IMG/VR virus record: IMGVR_UViG_3300045988_007107
Location: 1-44,614 of that record
From: a virus
Reading direction: 5' to 3' (one strand)
Length of the DNA: 44,614 nt
Positions 42,211 to 44,614 of this stretch are shown piece after piece. The notes under the pieces are model-generated. The model was not told where the DNA came from and did no database searches. It worked only from the letters and a program-made list of their open reading frames with translations. The translations under genes were made by a program, and so were the position numbers. Within the stretch, counting starts at the first letter, position 1. The number at the start of each line of letters is the position of its first letter.

Positions 42211-42497
42211 GAGCCACGTCCTTTCAGATAGCTGGGGATATCATCCCCGACTTGCACGCTATCGTACTGCTCCTTGCTCACTAGAAACTTACCATACGCC
42301 CCACAATCAAGCGTGTAGAGTTTTCCGACCATTTCTTTTCCGGTAATTTTTCCATGCAATACAGTGGCATTGTCAGCCTTATGCACCACGATGGCTTCTA
42401 CTGGTCGATTGACCACGCTGATCACTGTACCAATGTTAATGGCTAGTGATACCACTAACAGAATTATGGCAATGGATAGATCTTTATGTTTTTTCAT
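42207..42497 (-). CDS. Small membrane-anchored protein, DUF1372-like
   Basis: It has an N-terminal TM segment (LSIAIILLVVSLAINIGTVISVV) and is 96 aa. Start and stop codons overlap on both sides. Confidence 0.5.
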   Translation of the reverse strand: MKKHKDLSIAIILLVVSLAINIGTVISVVNRPVEAIVVHKADNATVLHGKITGKEMVGKLYTLDCGAYGKFLVSKEQYDSVQVGDDIPSYLKGRGS

Positions 42498-43633
42498 AGA
42501 TACCTCGCTATTTCTTTAATAACATTCACGGTAACACTGTTCCCAGCTTGCTTGTAGAGCTGACTATTACTGTTCACTTCTTGCGCTTTATCAAACGCCC
42601 AATTTGGGAAACCTTGCAATCTCCAACACTCTCGAGGTGTTAACTTGCGAATACGGAAACTGGACTCTACCACACCTTGGCTCTCACCAGTCAATAGAGT
42701 ATTAGCGATTTGTTTTCCAACTCTCACTCTACGTGTTTTAGAGTTTGGGTGCGACAGATTAACACTATCTCCCACGCTTGCTTCAGCATAGCCTTGCTTA
42801 GTTGCTTCACGGACACGGATTTTGGGTTCTAATCCACCACCTTGCATCGTTCTTATTGTCGGTGAGATTCCATCCGTTTCGTAAACCACTCCACTTTGAT
42901 TGAAATTAGGTTGCAATACCCCAAATCGTTTTATGGTATTGGTTTTTACTGCTATCTTCTGTCCTTCTCCCTTGTTTGTTGTAAGCGTAGGAGCTAGACC
43001 TTCAACTCGATAGACTTCTCCATTCATGCCATTTCCAGACGGATTAACATTCCCGATTTTCATGACTGACTGATTACTAATTGACTGACTTTCTCCTCCG
43101 ATAGGAAAAATCTTTCGTCCACTTTCTCCTCTAAGATGTCCGATAATGAACACACGCTCCCGGTTTTGTGGTACTCCGAAATCTTTACTGTTAAGCACTT
43201 GCCACTCCACATCATACCCGAGTTCATCCAACGCTGAGAGGATGACCTCAAAGGTATCTCCTTTGTCGTGATTAAGGAGTCCTTTGACATTTTCAAGGAA
43301 TAAATACTTAGGTTTGAGTATAGATGCGAACCTTGCGATTTCAAAGAAGAGAGTTCCTCTAGTATCTTCGAATCCTCTTCGATTTCCCGCAATGCTGAAA
43401 GCTTGGCACGGAAATCCTCCGCAGATTGCGTCAACGTGTCCGATGCTTCTGATTTCGTCGTCTGTGACTTGTGTGACGTCATGTAGTTCTATTTCTCCTT
43501 CAGTGTCGTGAATTGCTTTGTAACTTGCTCTAGCGAATTTGTCAATTTCACAAAATGCCACGCATTCATGTCCGGCGCTCTCCATCCCAAAACGGAAACC
43601 ACCGATACCTGCAAATAGGTCAATAAATTTCAA
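42494..43633 (-). CDS. Orphan DNA (cytosine-5)-methyltransferase
   Basis: Motif I is DLFAGIGGF, motif IV GFPCQAFS, motif VI ENVKGL, motif VIII QNRERVFIIG and motif X GNSVTVNV. No adjacent restriction endonuclease gene is present. Confidence 0.9.
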   Translation of the reverse strand: MKFIDLFAGIGGFRFGMESAGHECVAFCEIDKFARASYKAIHDTEGEIELHDVTQVTDDEIRSIGHVDAICGGFPCQAFSIAGNRRGFEDTRGTLFFEIARFASILKPKYLFLENVKGLLNHDKGDTFEVILSALDELGYDVEWQVLNSKDFGVPQNRERVFIIGHLRGESGRKIFPIGGESQSISNQSVMKIGNVNPSGNGMNGEVYRVEGLAPTLTTNKGEGQKIAVKTNTIKRFGVLQPNFNQSGVVYETDGISPTIRTMQGGGLEPKIRVREATKQGYAEASVGDSVNLSHPNSKTRRVRVGKQIANTLLTGESQGVVESSFRIRKLTPRECWRLQGFPNWAFDKAQEVNSNSQLYKQAGNSVTVNVIKEIARYL

Positions 43634-43959
43634 AGGTCTTCCTCCTTGACAAAGTTATCATCAATCATCACTCCTTTTCTATCTTTAATGTCGTTATAAG
43701 CGATTGTAAGGCACTCTTCAACGTCGTATCCTAATTGTAGACATAGAACAATCAGTGTTACGATAGAATCTCCTATGGCGTCTTTTAGCGACCATTCTGG
43801 GTTTTCAAAATCAGACGGTCTCAGAAACACGTCTCTGATTTCCCCGACTTCTTCCGTTACCTTCATCCACTGAGTTTTAGGGTTGCTTTTATCTAATCCG
43901 TGACTGATAGCCCATTCGTTAACTTTTGTGACTAGCTCTGGAATTCCGTCATAAGCCAT
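43630..43959 (-). CDS. MazG-like nucleotide pyrophosphohydrolase
   Basis: The pattern is EEVGEIRD ... DAIGDSIVTLIVLCLQLG ... AYNDIKDRKG. It is 109 aa. Confidence 0.7.
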   Translation of the reverse strand: MAYDGIPELVTKVNEWAISHGLDKSNPKTQWMKVTEEVGEIRDVFLRPSDFENPEWSLKDAIGDSIVTLIVLCLQLGYDVEECLTIAYNDIKDRKGVMIDDNFVKEEDL

Positions 43960-44244
43960 CTACTCCACCTCCTCAACTTCAATACCTAAATCTACTAATT
44001 GTGTCTTTAAATTTTTGATCGTTTGTTTCAATGCGTCATTGATTGCGTCTGATAAAATTTTCGATGTTATTTCCATAGTTTTTTCATCAAAAAAGAATCT
44101 CTTTTTAATTGCCACCCTGAATCTTGGTTCTTGTTTTATAATAAAAACTTTGTCAAGAGGTGACAGTTTGTAGTTGATAAATTTTTCCAATTCTTCAATC
44201 TGTTGTCTAATTTCTTCTGCTTTTTTTAACTCTAATAAATCCAC
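43960..44244 (-). CDS. Hypothetical early protein, 94 aa (GTG start)
   Basis: ORF track. The GTG start directly follows the upstream TAG, with GAGGTGGA upstream. Confidence 0.5.
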   Translation of the reverse strand: MDLLELKKAEEIRQQIEELEKFINYKLSPLDKVFIIKQEPRFRVAIKKRFFFDEKTMEITSKILSDAINDALKQTIKNLKTQLVDLGIEVEEVE

Positions 44245-44614
44245 CTATTCCACCTCTTTCACTTCCACGCCTGGGCAGTCGAACACCCAGCCGAGATTCA
44301 ATTTTTCGAGGTCGTTTTTCGTGAAATCCATCCTAAAGCCTGGAGAGAAATGAAGATTCCCCTCATCGTTGCATAAGTATTGATTAGTGACTTTGATTCT
44401 GACAGTGTACTTCGTCTCTTTCTCGACCTCATACCCAAACTGGTGCATGTTGACGAGGACACTAAAAGGGCTTGTTTTGCCACTAATCAGCCATTCTTGG
44501 AAGTCAGTCAAAACGCCACAGTTGTATTTTTTTTCAGTCTGGCAGACCTCTCGATACAGATTTATCTCCAATTCATCCTTATGCACCTCATACCAATCCG
44601 CCACATACTGCGGC
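44245..44614 (-). CDS. C-terminal segment of the junction-spanning DUF1642-like CDS (see 1..208)
   Basis: The track ORF 44245..44604 starts at a GTG only because the window ends. The frame stays open to 44614 and continues at 89..208 of the duplicated copy. Confidence 0.7.
   Translation of the reverse strand, partial: PQYVADWYEVHKDELEINLYREVCQTEKKYNCGVLTDFQEWLISGKTSPFSVLVNMHQFGYEVEKETKYTVRIKVTNQYLCNDEGNLHFSPGFRMDFTKNDLEKLNLGWVFDCPGVEVKEVE
44526..44614. repeat. Terminal direct repeat, copy 2 (identical to 1..89)
   Basis: The 89 nt match bases 1-89 exactly by eye. Confidence 0.95.

Larger units (their letters stand above)
1..44614. mobile_element. Complete temperate siphovirus genome (integrase-bearing, HK97-like head, HNH/cos-type packaging), linearised within an early gene
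   Basis: It has a full lysogeny, replication, packaging, head, tail and lysis gene set in canonical order. No flanking host genes are present, and the two ends overlap by 89 bp. Confidence 0.9.

Noticed and set aside
43060-43482. Nested alternative-frame ORFs inside large genes, for example 43060..43482 in the methyltransferase, 22617..23039 and 24681..24959 in Tal, and 41760..42077 in the 236-aa gene
   Set aside because: They are fully embedded in better-supported frames with clear motifs, have no RBS, and give atypical compositions.
1-44614. Retron, DGR or other reverse-transcriptase-based systems, transposases, toxin-antitoxin pairs and classical multi-gene defence systems
   Set aside because: No ORF shows RT (YxDD), DDE/serine transposase or known toxin motifs. 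The repeated collagen-like modules in Tal lack a template repeat plus RT arrangement. All large ORFs are accounted for by phage functions.

Overview
The window is one complete temperate siphovirus genome. It looks like a Streptococcus or related low-GC Firmicute phage, judged only from recognised protein families; no search was run. Bases 1-89 are repeated exactly at 44526-44614. The molecule is therefore a closed circle (or circularly permuted genome) of 44,525 bp that was linearised inside an early gene.

Nearly all genes are on the minus strand. A four-gene lysogeny cassette sits on the plus strand at 12740-15125: cI-like XRE repressor, ImmA/IrrE peptidase, a membrane/zinc-ribbon protein, and a tyrosine integrase.

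Reading the minus strand from the genetic switch at about 12.6 kb:
- cro-like and xis-like regulators
- an LPXTG surface-adhesin cargo gene
- a recombination/replication module: SMC-like ATPase, Sak4/AAA_24-like ATPase, DUF669-like protein, SF2 helicase, primase-helicase
- an iteron-rich putative origin (1445-1865)
- RusA and small early ORFs
- (across the junction) a DUF1642-like protein, a MazG-like protein, an orphan C5-cytosine methyltransferase and a DUF1372-like protein
- an internally duplicated 236-aa protein
- a DUF1492-like late regulator
- an HK97-type packaging and head module: HNH endonuclease, putative cos region, TerS (P27 family), TerL, portal, ClpP-like protease, major capsid
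- a tail module: connectors, major tail protein, G/GT chaperones with a CCCAAAA -1 frameshift, a 1654-aa tape measure with CHAP-like and SLT domains, Dit, a 1446-aa collagen-repeat Tal/antireceptor, and a 662-aa distal tail protein
- a lysis region in which three extra ORFs sit between the holin and the CHAP+GH25 endolysin.

I found no rRNA gene, complete tRNA gene, CRISPR array, transposase or reverse transcriptase.

Observations most worth follow-up:
- the adhesin gene fused into the early operon, with foreign-looking upstream DNA
- a tRNA-like acceptor/T-arm minihelix directly after a stop codon, sharing a recurrent GCTAGTGAG motif with other loci
- the interrupted lysis cassette, which contains two ORFs with paralogous N-termini
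- a membrane, glycine-zipper, zinc-ribbon protein in the lysogeny cassette
- paired GTGGACARAA repeats next to int
- a three-operator switch layout.

All functional calls rest on motifs read by eye and on gene order.
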